Shown here in pieces: positions 12,333-24,721 of a DNA stretch of 64,000 nt. Below the pieces are notes generated by a model, which worked only from the letters and a program-made list of their open reading frames with translations, was not told the origin of the DNA and searched no databases. Positions within the stretch are counted from its first letter, which is position 1; every line of letters starts with the position of its first letter. This DNA comes from Azolla caroliniana. Lineage: Eukaryota > Plantae > Polypodiophyta. The DNA is taken from contig JBHGNT010000009.1 of assembly GCA_043228905.1 (NCBI GenBank), positions 1,674,001 to 1,738,000 of the forward strand, given 5' to 3'. A program made the translations under genes and the position numbers.

Positions 12333-15300
12333 TCACTGGATCAGTCTCAAGTTCACAGACATGTTCCCACAAAAATCTCCAGACTTCTCACGCAGTGCAC
12401 GCAATGCCTCAAGTTTTGTGGTGAACCCAACTGCAACATGATAACTGATAGGCCTTCTTTGTGCACCTCTATTTTGTGCTTGCTCATTTGATCTGCATAA
12501 AAGCAGTGCTAAAGTTTGTATTAGAGAAGTTTTATGGCAATCAAAGATTAGTTTTGTTAGCAAATAAATCACTACATACACTTTTATGAAGCGCACATGA
12601 CTTGGATCATAGTCAAATCCAGCAAAGAAGCGTTCAACATCTTCATAATCCGTGTTGGCACCCACATTGTACATCACCAACTGGAAGAAAAAAAAGTGAT
12701 GAATGTACATAACAAATGACTGATCAAATTCCACGTCATGTAGTACTGAAATTTGTTGAGGGAGGATATTACTCTTATCTGTTCTTTCCATACTAATTAA
12801 CCTGTATTAGAATTATCTTACAAGTGTCATTGTTAGATCATAGTATGTCATTGCATTATATTAAGCAGCAGTCCAAACATCATATAGAACATAGTTGAAA
12901 GTCTCATAATATCCTGATACAGACGATGATATTTCGTGTGTTGCAGCACATATTTATGGATTCTCTAATTACTAAGCTGATTCCTGTTTTCTTATGAAAG
13001 CAGAAGGTATATGGGGTTATAAAATTCTCATGAAAATGTGGGTCAACAACAGGTGTAGAGATAGTGAAAGAAGAAGGTATATGGAGTTCTAAAATTCTCA
13101 TGGAAATGTGGGTCGACTACCTTAAACCCAATATAAACTATAATTGTGCTATAACACTAGAGGCTTTCTAGAAAACATGGCATTTACATGTAAGTAACAT
13201 GATAATTCTTCCATTTTCTCAGTTGTATGCAGAAAACGCCCTAACATCAGTGCAGTTAGATTAGGCATGCAGCTGTTGTCTCAACGATACCTAATTAATT
13301 AGTTAGAAAACCTACTCAGAGTATAATGTCTTATAATATATGAAAATATTTTCAGGGGAAGCAGAACACCGCAATCAAATTACTCCGAAACATAGCCAAA
13401 TGAGTTAGTAATTTTTTCCACCAAATCAGATTGAACCACCACCAAATTATATCACATGGATGTTCCTACCGTCCTTCCACGTGGAGCATCCTTAAGTGAT
13501 GCATCAACAAAAGTCCAAGGATGCGCAGGTGACTGCAGTTTAGAAAACCCATTGCTAAGAATTAAAAAATAAGCACTGCTGTAAAAGAAAATTATATGGG
13601 GGAAAAAATGAAGCATACCACTTCTGCCCTTAAAAATTTGCATCCTAAACGACCTCTTTCTTGCAATCGTTTCATTATTTGTCTCTGGGACGATGCTGAC
13701 TCAACATCAAACTGCCTGTGATTTTCAGCATGACAATGCAATCAATTAATAGCTTTTCAGAAGCATCTGTTTCCTCCATCACTTAGTCAAAGGCTTTTAA
13801 TTCTAATTAATGGAATGGATTTCATTTATGAACTCTAGAAAGACTTCCTACAGTGTAATTGTAATTTCAAGAATAAATCATTTGAACTCTCCAATGTTTG
13901 AAATATTTAAAGTTTTTAAATTAAAACTCAGTAGCGGACTGTGGAGGAAGGCTGTGGTCAGAAATCGCAACAAAGAGACAAAAGGTGAGGAATATACTAA
14001 TGTCTTTTAAGAGACTAAACAATAGGAGGTTACATCTTAAAATGTTGTCTCATCCCTGAGAACAAACCAAATAAATGTAAAATAGGAGAGGCTAGAGAAT
14101 CCCATTGTCCGTTCATGTAAGATTCTCAAGTAATAAAGATTATACTTTTGCCTTCAAAAAGTTTCTAGCATAGGTTGATCCAAAACGGAGAGATCTCTGA
14201 AGTGAGGGAAGCACTGGTGATGGTGGGAAACAAGTTCTTTACTTGATAAGGGTAGCAAGATCATGGTCCATGAAGCCAGGGCCTCCGTCCACTATTGCCC
14301 GATTTGTTGTAACCCCTTTGCAATGTCTTGGTCAAGAGCTCATTTGTTTAACCCTTGATTGACTTGTAGGAGGAGTGATGGGGCTAAAGAAAATTGTGAT
14401 TGTTCTTTGTTGATGAGCTTGTGTAGTTGTATCGTTGTCCAACAACTTCTCCATGCCTCTCTTAAGTTCTAGCAAGAACAGCCCCACGAACCATTAAGCT
14501 TCATATTCTATTACCTTGCACAATGGACCGAAGCCCTGGCTAAAGAGGCAACGGTATCTCCATCTTATTTCATAAAAAACAACACGAATGAAACATAGTG
14601 TTCTTCAAATACCACTTTCTAATGACACAATTGGCAAGTTCTTTCTTCTTGTTCGTGCACATATGCCTACCTCAATCTCTAACTGATGTGCAAGCAGTAA
14701 AACAACAGTCCTATCACACTACAATGCATGGTATAGATATATGTCCATATAACTGTGCCCTGATTATAAATCAAACCACAATGTGTGAAAAAGTGTACTT
14801 TATACTGGGTCATCTTCCTACCAAGAGATGTTGTGGGGCTGACCCATGGTCTTCAGTTATCCAATTTGATAGTTTCAGATCAAAGATCACTCTATTCTTT
14901 TTGCACTTCAGTCATGTTTAGATTGAGAGAGCGAGAGAGAATTATTGGCTGAAATACAGAGGAATGCATATTTTGCTATCCCCAAAAAATAATAATACCT
15001 ACACAAACTCAACATGCGTAATTAACTCCAATGAAGAATATTTGAGTGACTTTTAGCAAACCAAAGACAACCTGGATTTGTAAGTTCAGAAAAGTATTTG
15101 CACATAAACATCAAACGTAATGCCTAAAACAGAGAGCTGGAGTGCAAAGTCTAATGAGGAAATATGCTTCTCGCAACAGTATTGACAAGCCTATATCTCA
15201 TTTAACTTGAGAATATCAATATTTGTTTTATTTGCATATGAATTTAATAAAAACGCACACACACTTAACCTGAATAATTTCATTGCATTATATGCTTATA

Positions 15301-17672
15301 AGAGATGAATTTTTTGAAGCAAAAACTCACACATAATCAGGCCTGAATGTTGCATTATAGACAAACTTCACATTATCCGGTTGAATACTGCTACCACTCA
15401 AGTGTTTCAGAATGTCCTCTTTCAAAACATATCGAGGAAGTGGATAGATTTTCAAAGCACTCCCTGGAGAAAAAACCAATGGTCAAACCAATGGTAAAAG
15501 CATGAGTTCCTACATACCAAAAGACTGGAGAAAAAAGAAAACATCTTCACAAAACAGAATAGTTCAGCCGTGAAATTATGCAACCACAGCAGTCCCAGTC
15601 CAGTAAGCCTACCAACAACTTCACGCATAACATTGTCGACAAGATGCTATGATATACTCACTCACATCAACACCGAGTTAAGACTTAAGTTTCAACATTT
15701 ATAAAAAATAAACGTGATTCAATCACTCTCCAGAATAATAATGTTCAGTGTGCACCTGCACCCACACCAACCCCATGAGGGTGACAAGAAATTTGAAACT
15801 TATGAAACCTGGTTCGTGTTTAGCAAGCTGGAGATGGCTCATGCATGGCTCAATGGATGCAAGTTCTTAAGAGGGAAGCATAAAGCTACTCCCCAATCTT
15901 CCAAGAGAGGGTTTGGCATGCCTGAGCATGATGAGATTCTCACAAATCTGGAGCAACTCAAAGAAGTTATTGCATGCACAAGGGCATGAGAGAGAGAGAG
16001 AGAGAAATGAATACAAAAGAGAAAGGAAAGCAATCATACATAAAATGAATCGTTATATTACCATCTCCAACAGGCTGAAATGACATATAACACGCAGTAA
16101 AACTAAACAGCATTAAAGAAATAATGCTTTGTGAAACTCAAAAGTTCAGAATGTTTCTCGATAAATCTTTTCAATTTGAGACATATGATGCATTTCATAT
16201 GTTTCACCTTCACCACTTGCACATCGGAAGCATAAAAAACTTAACCCATCAACAAATACAAATAATTCTATCAATTCTGCACAAAAGAGTTTTAATTCAT
16301 CATTTAAACACATGCAAAATCCATGAAATCTACCATTTTATGTTTAGAAAAATTTTCATCCATTCAGATCTTCCAACAATAAAAGAACACAGCTTCAAAA
16401 CGGAAACTAACAAACATGTAAACATTATTCACTCCACAGTTGTGTATTTGTAAAAATCATATGCAGTAGCTTTAGAAAACAAGAGCTCTACACATGCAAA
16501 ATCCATGAAATCTACCATTTTATGTTTAGAAAAATTTTCATCCATTCAGATCTTCCAACAATAAAAGAACACAGCTTCAAAACGGAAACTAACAAACATG
16601 TAAACATTATTCACTCCACAGTTGTGTATTTGTAAAAATCATATGCAGTAGCTTTAGAAAACAAGAGCTCTAACCTAAAGATGATTGCACATTCCCCCCA
16701 AACCACATTAAAGGCACACCTTCATTAATTCGCATTTCTACTTTAACCATTCAAGGCAAAAAAAAATGCCATGGCAGAGAAAACAATGCAAGTTAAAGAG
16801 GAAAATAGAAACATTTGGAAAGATAAGTTTTCCAAAGAAGCGATTACATTACCTAAGGCATAAGGAAATGAAATTCTTAACATTCTCACAACCCATTCAA
16901 ATTTCTACATTCAGGATGAAGATTCTGAGAAATAAAAACAATTATCTTGAAGATTCTAAGTCAAAACAAAAATATTCTACCTTGAGAATCAAATTTCAAA
17001 GCTAATCCAAAGAATTCTACGTTGGAAATCGAACAATTCAAAGGGCACATACATGCAAAATCTTTTGCCTTAAAGATGAAATTGCACAGCAACAATGCAG
17101 CCTACAATATTAATAATGATAATAATAATAAACGCAATATTTGAACAGCTAAAGAGCTTCATGTCCAATGAGAGCGTCTCTCACCATGTCCAGTGAGAGC
17201 TATTACTCCATTGTTTTACTTTCGTGTAGACCACAGTTCTACGTCAAAAACAGAAATATATAGAAAAATTCGAGAAAAGAAATAAAAAAATCGACCTGAT
17301 GAAGAGAAAACAAAGGAAATTTCCCGCAGAAAGTTCTGTAAAGAAATGACGGAGAATACCTGGAGTGTAAGCACCAAGTCCAGTTAGAGCATTTCCATAT
17401 GAAGGTTGAAAGAGAGTGACGTAGTCTGTTCCAGGAGGAGCAGAGGAAGCAGAGGAAGGAGGAGGAGGGGCAGGATTCTTTCTTGGAGGAGTTCCAGTGG
17501 TGGACGAAGAAGAGAAGCTTCGAGCTTGACCATGGATATGGTTCTGCAGGTCTGACGCAGCCGAGGAGGAGTCTTTGGCTTTGGTGGAGAAAGGCGAAGA
17601 AGGAGCGGGCAGAAACCCTAAATCATTCTGTCGGAGGACGCGAAGCTTGGATGAGACATTTCTGCTCAACAT
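12333..17672 (-). CDS. Mitochondrial-targeted RRM-like protein (resembles Arabidopsis At5g02740 'S24e family' protein), about 288 aa, 6 exons: 17672-17360, 15463-15331, 13715-13619, 13532-13470, 12680-12580, 12492-12333
   Basis: All introns are GT-AG and phases are compatible (867 nt total). The N-terminus resembles a presequence (MLSRNVSSKLRVLRQ). Two RRM-like halves: KEDILKHLSGSSIQPDNVKFVYN..VQFD and LVMYNVGANTDYEDVERFFAGFDYD..VAVGFTTKLEALRALREKSGDFC. The family assignment is from memory. Confidence 0.85.
16308..16672. repeat. Near-perfect tandem duplication, 2 x 182 bp, in intron 1 of the RRM-like gene
   Basis: acacatgcaaaatccatgaaatctacc...aagagctcta starts at both 16308 and 16490. Confidence 0.95.
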
Positions 17673-17830
17673 GATGACTGTGGCAACAAATTGGACGGAA
17701 AATGACAGGAATCGATCGATCGATCGATCGATGAATGAGGGGGAAAGCCTCCTTTTGCAGAGGCGTATGTTTTACTTACTGTATTAGGTTTTTGTTATAC
17801 ATTTAGGGGGGTAGTGGATTTCTCTATTTA

Positions 17831-17948
17831 CCAAAATACCCCTCTCACTCTTTTCATGGAATTTCCCCAAATACCCCTCTCACTCTTTTCATGGAATTTC
17901 CCGAAATACCCCTCTCATTCTTTTCATGGAATTTCCCCAAATACCCCC
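17831..17948. repeat. 35-bp minisatellite (about 3.3 copies) in the RRM-like gene promoter
   Basis: Unit aaatacccctctcactcttttcatggaatttcccc with a period of 35. Confidence 0.9.
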
Positions 17949-20663
17949 CCGAGTCTACCCCAATCCTCCCTCCTTGTACCATGGCCCACCATGACTCCAT
18001 TACGATACTCGCTCTCTCTCTCCCTCTCTCTCTCCTCCACCTCTCCACTTCCTATGACATGGATACACATCTTTCTAACACATACCCACCCCATGTGCCA
18101 GCTTGCTTTTGGATGAACACCTCTTTACGTCAACTCTAAACAAGAACTAGCATATGACAAGAAGTAAAGCCTAATCATATGAGGCTATATTGTGTGTGTG
18201 TGTGTGTGTGTGTGTGAGGCATGAGATGAAAATGAGTGTATCCAAAGCATTGTGCCTTCGAGAGAGACATAAAACTCAGAGCTATTTTCAATGGGTTTTT
18301 TCCTCAAAGAGCCAAATCTTTGCCCTCCCCCTCATATATGGCATTGTTTGACTATGTTAGTTATTGGGGATATGGTACAACTGGTTGTGAACTAGGGGTT
18401 CTTGTTTGATGATCTCCATGGCGTACAACGAGAGGTAAGTGTTAAGTAGGTTGACAACGAGCCTTTTTTGTAATGTTGTGATCATGTTGTTTTAATACAC
18501 ACACACACACTAGTATACATGAAAGAGGATGATAGATTTAATAGTTTTCCTCATAGGTCATATATGGGACCAAAAATGAATCATCTTTTACATATATTTA
18601 GAAACTTTATTAGTAACTTGTAAGTGTGGCAACCAAGATCGTATGTTGTGATTGTGAAAATATGTCTACGGAGGAGTGGACTAATAATTCATTGAAAGCA
18701 AATTTGAATGTGGTCGAATACAACACATTGTATCAAAGTGTCTCGAACTCACTTAAGGCAAAATATGCATCATTGACAAATCTCCTCACTTATACATGAT
18801 GCTTTAACATCTATTAGAGACTAAAATCAGCCTATGAGATGCATTGTGATTGAGAGAGAGCAATTAATGCTCTTGAGGCAAAGCATCTAAACTTGATTTG
18901 AAAGAATGTACAAGAAATGTGATATGATATTTCTTCAAACCTCAATTCTTGTTGAAATCTAAAAGCAAAGCAAACCCAACACAAAATTATGTTTCATATA
19001 CTCAATTGTCTTACAAAAGTTGCTTAAGAAATGACTTGACAAAAAATTTCAGTTGAGTTTGAAGGTTTATTTTGATTTTTCACAGAAGGAACCCACTCCC
19101 GCTACCAATGCTCTTAGTAAAAACAATGAGGTGAACAAAAAAACCTTAATGGGATCCCATCTTTGGCAAATGGGATCACCACGAGACAACATCACCATCT
19201 AAGACAAGATGTGTCCTCACTAATAGACAACCCCCCCCCCCCCCCAACAATATCGCAAATTGCTCAAACCTTGCTTCCCATTAGTACCATGCAAATGCTA
19301 ACACAATATTTTCTTTATCTTTGCATAGTTCTTTCGTCAGCAACATCAAAAGCACTTTGGCCATTCGCATGTACTTGTTGCTCCTTTGTATTACTATCTA
19401 CACATAATAAAACAACTTGCTTTAGAGCGTCGTTCCACGATGAATACCATTCAATCATAATTTTCATGCATTCCTACTTTATCATAAACTTTCAATTCTA
19501 AAATGTAATCAATCCAACCTTGCTAAGTTTCAAAATATACCATTAATATATCCTTGCTAGCTTTGGGTTAAGTGAGAACTAGAATTCGTTGAAAGCAATG
19601 CCATCACAATCAACCTTGTATTGTGGGAAATCGAGTTTTTTTAGAAAGGAAAACATTGTTAGTCAAAAGTCAAGCCAAATGTAACAATCTCAAAGTCAAT
19701 ATATGAATGCTTTTTAAAATGGCAATAATATGATTGTCTGCCTATAATCTTGCGGTTATAATGCATAATGTTTACCATTACACCATCTTATTTATAAATC
19801 ATAAGCCATCACAAATTAGAAAACATGACATGTGAACACCTCTTAATCGCATTCAAATGAACAAAGCTATAGAATTACATATTTAATTGCAATCACATAT
19901 GCATCACCTCAACTTCCGTATAGATTTTCACATCAAACTTCCATGTTCAACCTTTGTAGTGAGCAATTTATAGCCAGTTGAAAAATGTTATTTCACAATT
20001 AGGTAGATGATCAATTATGACTATGTCATTGCAAATAGGAGTTGCAATGTGTATAACTGATTAAACCACATATGCAAATTTGCAGCAATGTAAATTATCC
20101 CAATGAAGGCTAATCTGGATTGCTTCATCCATCCACAAATTTGCTTAATTCATCTTGATAGAATTATCTATACTCATGATATTTTGATGAGGTTGGGAAG
20201 CATTTATTCAATTGAAAATCTTATTTGAAATGGAGCCAGAAATCCTAATTCATGAATGACTTAAACCAACAATGAAGAATGAAAACCAATATTCATTCTT
20301 GTATCAATATGTTTGTGAGCTGGACATGGCATTTTGCAATTCTCCTAGGGAATAAGAAAATGCCTTATTGTTATCTCAAGCAATTACATGCTTTTCAAAT
20401 TGCAAATAATGATGGGTAGGGTACTTAAAATGATAGGGCATTAAAGGCACATTACCTTGTGAAAGAGCAAAATATGTATTTATGCTATGCTTTGCATATC
20501 TTTATGTTGCGAGATGGATTTCCTTAACGAAGAGGGATAATATATCAACTTAGATAGGCGATGCTCGTGATGGTAGTAGAGTGGATGCCCGTATATATAT
20601 ATACGCATACATGTAAATACATATATACATGTACCCAAACATATACATATCCATGTCCATATC

Positions 20664-20825
20664 TCAAACTGGTGGAGGGTTCTTAGCCTCGACGGGATCA
20701 GTTGCATTAGGTGGTGGTGCTTTACTATTTGCGTGGCTCCGTCCAAGAAGATAACAACAACAGCAGAGGGCAATCGCGATCAATAGAGCCGGAAATGAGA
20801 TCCATATACTCACCACAAAGCCCAT
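20664..20825 (-). CDS. 53-aa single-TM Cys-rich microprotein (MGFVVSIWISFPALLIAIALCCCCYLLGR...PPPV)
   Basis: ATG in good context (aaaATGG), 25 nt downstream of a ttctctacag acceptor at 20851. TM helix, Cys cluster, YLLGR motif and Pro-rich tail, resembling small plant 'MGFV.V.ISLP..CY.LGR' membrane peptides. Confidence 0.75.
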   Translation of the reverse strand: MGFVVSIWISFPALLIAIALCCCCYLLGRSHANSKAPPPNATDPVEAKNPPPV

Positions 20826-21947
20826 TTTGTCGAGTCTTCTTGAGCTTGCCCTGTAGAGAAGGGGCATAATGTATGAACACATTATTCAAATGTATCATTC
20901 ATTCATACATCCATAATGTACATGTACCTAACGAGACTTTATAGGTATTTTGACCTTGTCCACAATAAAGCAAATAATTAGAGAAATTTGATAGGGCAAA
21001 ACACCAAATTTCCTCTTTTTGGATTCTTACCAGGATGCTCTTATGTTTTCAGAACTTACAAATATACTCTTTAATCAAGGCAACGAGGTTTATGTGCTCT
21101 TAATGAGCCTCTCACAACATCACTTAATTAACAATGATTTAGATTCAATTCCAGCATCAATTCTAACCTCAAACCACTTTATTCACCAAAATGAAGCTGA
21201 TTTGATCTGACATCATAACAACAAAGTTCTGTTCTGATACACTTCTAAACTTTAATATCAACAACATAAGAATCGTCTCATTTCACACAAAAATGAGCCA
21301 TATCTAATGCTAACCATGCAATTACTACATCAATATGTGCACATTTTGATATCATTCTAATGAAGTGCATATAGATTACTTCATCAAAATGAAGCACATC
21401 TCTGATACACTAGTGAGAATGTGCATACGAATTACTTCATGTGTGATTGGCATCGCATGCAATCATACTATGAGCAATTACTGTCACATCTTGGACATGA
21501 AATTAACTACAGATCACCTGACTTTGAATCGTCATGCAATTGATGTCACATAACATCATATGTATAATCAACATTGTGCAATCCATCACATCACAGATAT
21601 AATTGCTTGGGATGATGTACAATCAACATCATATCACAAGACATGCCATCATGTGCACTCACATCCTAGGTATAACCCCACATGATATGATGTGCAATAA
21701 GCATTGCATTACGCGATCTACCATGTGTAATCAACATGACCTGATACGACAACATGTGCAGTCGATATATCGGCATCACAGGCATGTACACAAAAGGACC
21801 TTTTGTATCATCACTCACAGACATGGGTGGTTATATACATACCATCAAAATTTTATGGGACGAAGAAAGAGCATCCCACAGTAAGGACATAGAAATGGAA
21901 TATAATTACCTGAAGATAACAATGGGAGCTCGGACCAGATCAAGAAA

Positions 21948-22040
21948 TCAGCGACAGCAGAAGCAGAAGAGGCAGAGGAGGACGGCGATGATGAGGATGA
22001 GAACAGGGAGGGAGATCCAGATTGAGAAGCCGAACACCAT
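21948..22040 (-). CDS. 30-aa TM Cys-rich peptide MVFGFSIWISLPVLILIIAVLLCLFCFCCR; upstream ORF in exon 1 and paralog of the 53-aa ORF
   Basis: Translated by hand (below the ORF-track cutoff). ataATGG context; 12 of the first 23 residues identical to the downstream peptide; a CAG|GTAATT donor follows at 21910/21909. Confidence 0.7.
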   Translation of the reverse strand: MVFGFSIWISLPVLILIIAVLLCLFCFCCR

Positions 22041-23824
22041 TATAGGAGGAAAGTAAGGATTAGGGATTTTTTTTAAAGTAAATGATCAGAGGGCAAGGTG
22101 TTAAATTCCAAGAGCCCCGCTGTCTCTCTGTGCTACTCTGTTTCTGCGTCTCTGTCTGATTAGCTCTCTTCGCTTCACTGCACATTTGGCCCACCTCAGA
22201 AACTTATCACTTAATTTTCTTGTCTTTGATAAAGAGGAAGTAGAGAAAGTATATTATATATTATTATGGAGGGTACCCCTCCATCTCTTCTTCTTTTAAA
22301 AAAGAGGGCTTCTGCGGTTAGACCCCACAGAAGGTTCTTAGGGAAGGTTCCAGGCTTGTCCGCCCAAGTCAAGACAAAAGCCCCCGAGTCGAGACATTTT
22401 CCACATTGCCCGCCCGTAAGTCGCCCAAAACGCCGAGAACCGACCGGTCAGCATGATGGGTAATTTATCTATCTCCATACAATGTCATCATCATTGATCG
22501 ACAACAAAATTCAAAGAATTTGTTAAGTGTTGCCCTCGAGTGATAATGGAAGGGGTTCCTCGACGTCGCTTGAAAAAAAGCTCATAGAAAACATCCCACC
22601 CCCTTACCCCAGAGGCATTAATCCATACTCCGCCCATATGATCGCCAAGGCCAATTTGTTTGTGCATTTATCTATGGAAGTTCTTTCGTCCCCACCCTCC
22701 TCCATCTCTCTCAACCCACAGTGGTAGGCCATATTGATATTGACCCACAAACTTGGGTTCGAAATTTCCCTACATTATTTTGGTAGGTGACCTTGGTTGG
22801 AGTATGTAGGGGTTGACTGAATGACCTTTTCATATTTGTCAGGTAAACCTTTATTGATTCATCTACACCCACTTGGTACCTATCACACACTTTCTCCATA
22901 AGATATCATGCCATTCAAAAATAGACAAAACTTTCCACTTTATGCATAGAGGGCTAATATCACTATACTCTCTCTCTCTCTAGTTAGCTACTAGAAGGAT
23001 TAGAAGCTTTTTCGGTAGCTCCATAGAAGTACTTCCTTTGAGATTCCTTTAAGTGGAGCCTTCTACATAGTTGAAATGACATCCTCGACCTTCATATCTA
23101 ACTTTCGTTTAAGGAATGTGCTTTGTTAAAAGATAACAATTCCAAGTGCACACTTTATAACGAGAAGTAAAATATCGATATCGTATGAAGGTAAATAATC
23201 TTAATGGTCATGAGTTGTACCATCATCCTTGTCGAATCAAGTGAGAGTGTTTTTTAGGTCAGTATCACATTGAACACAATTAAACGGGGATCTTGTTTTG
23301 TTGATTCACCCATGCATATTGATATGAGCACACGTTATGGTGTATCATTAGTCGGCCACTTTGGTTATCATATTAGATTGTTTCTCCCTAGGAAATAGGG
23401 GCAAGGAAAAAGTTGGAGTTCTAATTGTTTTCTTATTGTTGGTTAGAACATCAATGTTTCCTATTTACAATAAAGAAACTCATGACTCTACATCGGGATT
23501 CTCCTTTCTCATTTTCATTGAGATTGACATGTATTAATGTAATAAAAACAATAATTAAGAATATTAACTTCCAAAGTTCTTTCTCATGGATATTCAATTA
23601 ATTTCATCCCACGTGACGCTCTTTCGTCTTTTTCAATTGGAGTAAAAAGCGTAGATTCTTTTGACTAACAAGTCATATTAATTTGTATACTTTTCATTTT
23701 CAAGGATTCACCAACATCTCTCCAAAAAGGGTTGCTAACATTCAACCAAAGTCGAATGCTTGATTGAGCATTATGATCATAAAAAATATTTGACTTCGGT
23801 TAATCAATATCCTTGTGTGATATA

Positions 23825-24721
23825 CAGTAACCATTCGGTTAAGTGCGTACTTTGAACGCAAGGAAGAAGTGCGCACTTAAGGATTTTCTGACAATTTTTA
23901 GGGTTTTTTTGAAAATTTCCCCCTCTATGCTCTAATCATACAATTCTTGATAAGAAAAGTGATGAATTTATGTGATATAATTGACCTGAAACATTTCTCG
24001 TTTCAACATACTCTCTTCCTGAGCATTGTTTCTTTCCCAATTCTTGATTACCTTTAGTTTTCTCCTTTCTGCTAGGGTTGAGGAATACATTTGTTATCTT
24101 GGATGCACTGAGATCTTGTCTTGCATTTTCTTCCTAGTGGTGACATGTTTAAGGAATTGTAGTACAGATGGAGGAGACAGGAAAAGAGAGGAGAAGAACT
24201 ACGAAGAAAGCTCAGGTTGCAACTTCTACACTCTTTGAGAAAAAAGGAGATGAAACAAAAAAGGGAGGGAGGGAAAGAAAGAAAGAAAATCAGATCACCA
24301 AGAAAAGGAAATGGATAATTAGGTTAGTAGAATGTTTATTTTCTTTATCACAAACTCATAGAGAGAGACACACAAACACACAACACACGAGACTCAAACA
24401 TACGCATTGACGCTACAACTAGAGTCTACCACTCCTTAATTTGTTTTCATTTTTACATTGCATTTTTTGCTTCATTTTCAACGGACCCCACCCACATGAT
24501 AGACCCCACCCACCATCATGTAACAATTGTTTTTTATTTTATTTTATTTAGAAACTCCTTTTGTTATTTTTTGGGTGTCTAGAACATAGTTCAAACTTGG
24601 TTTGATGTAATTTCGTCATGAAACAAAGTAAATTTTTTGAACTGGATTTTGACCTCTATAAAATGCACACTTAATAGAATGACACACTTAAGTGGGCACG
24701 TACTTAACCGAATGGTTATTG
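23825..24721. mobile_element. Tc1/mariner (pogo/Tigger-like) non-autonomous DNA transposon or MITE, 897 bp
   Basis: TIRs CAGTAACCATTCGGTTAAGTGCGTAC and (reverse complement of the right end) CAATAACCATTCGGTTAAGTACGTGC. TA target duplication at 23823-24 and 24722-23. No transposase. Confidence 0.88.

Noticed and set aside
21754-22056. 100-aa basic plus-strand ORF (RQQKQKRQRR)
   Set aside because: It is the antisense shadow of the hydrophobic 30-aa minus-strand peptide; splice signals and paralogy support the minus strand.
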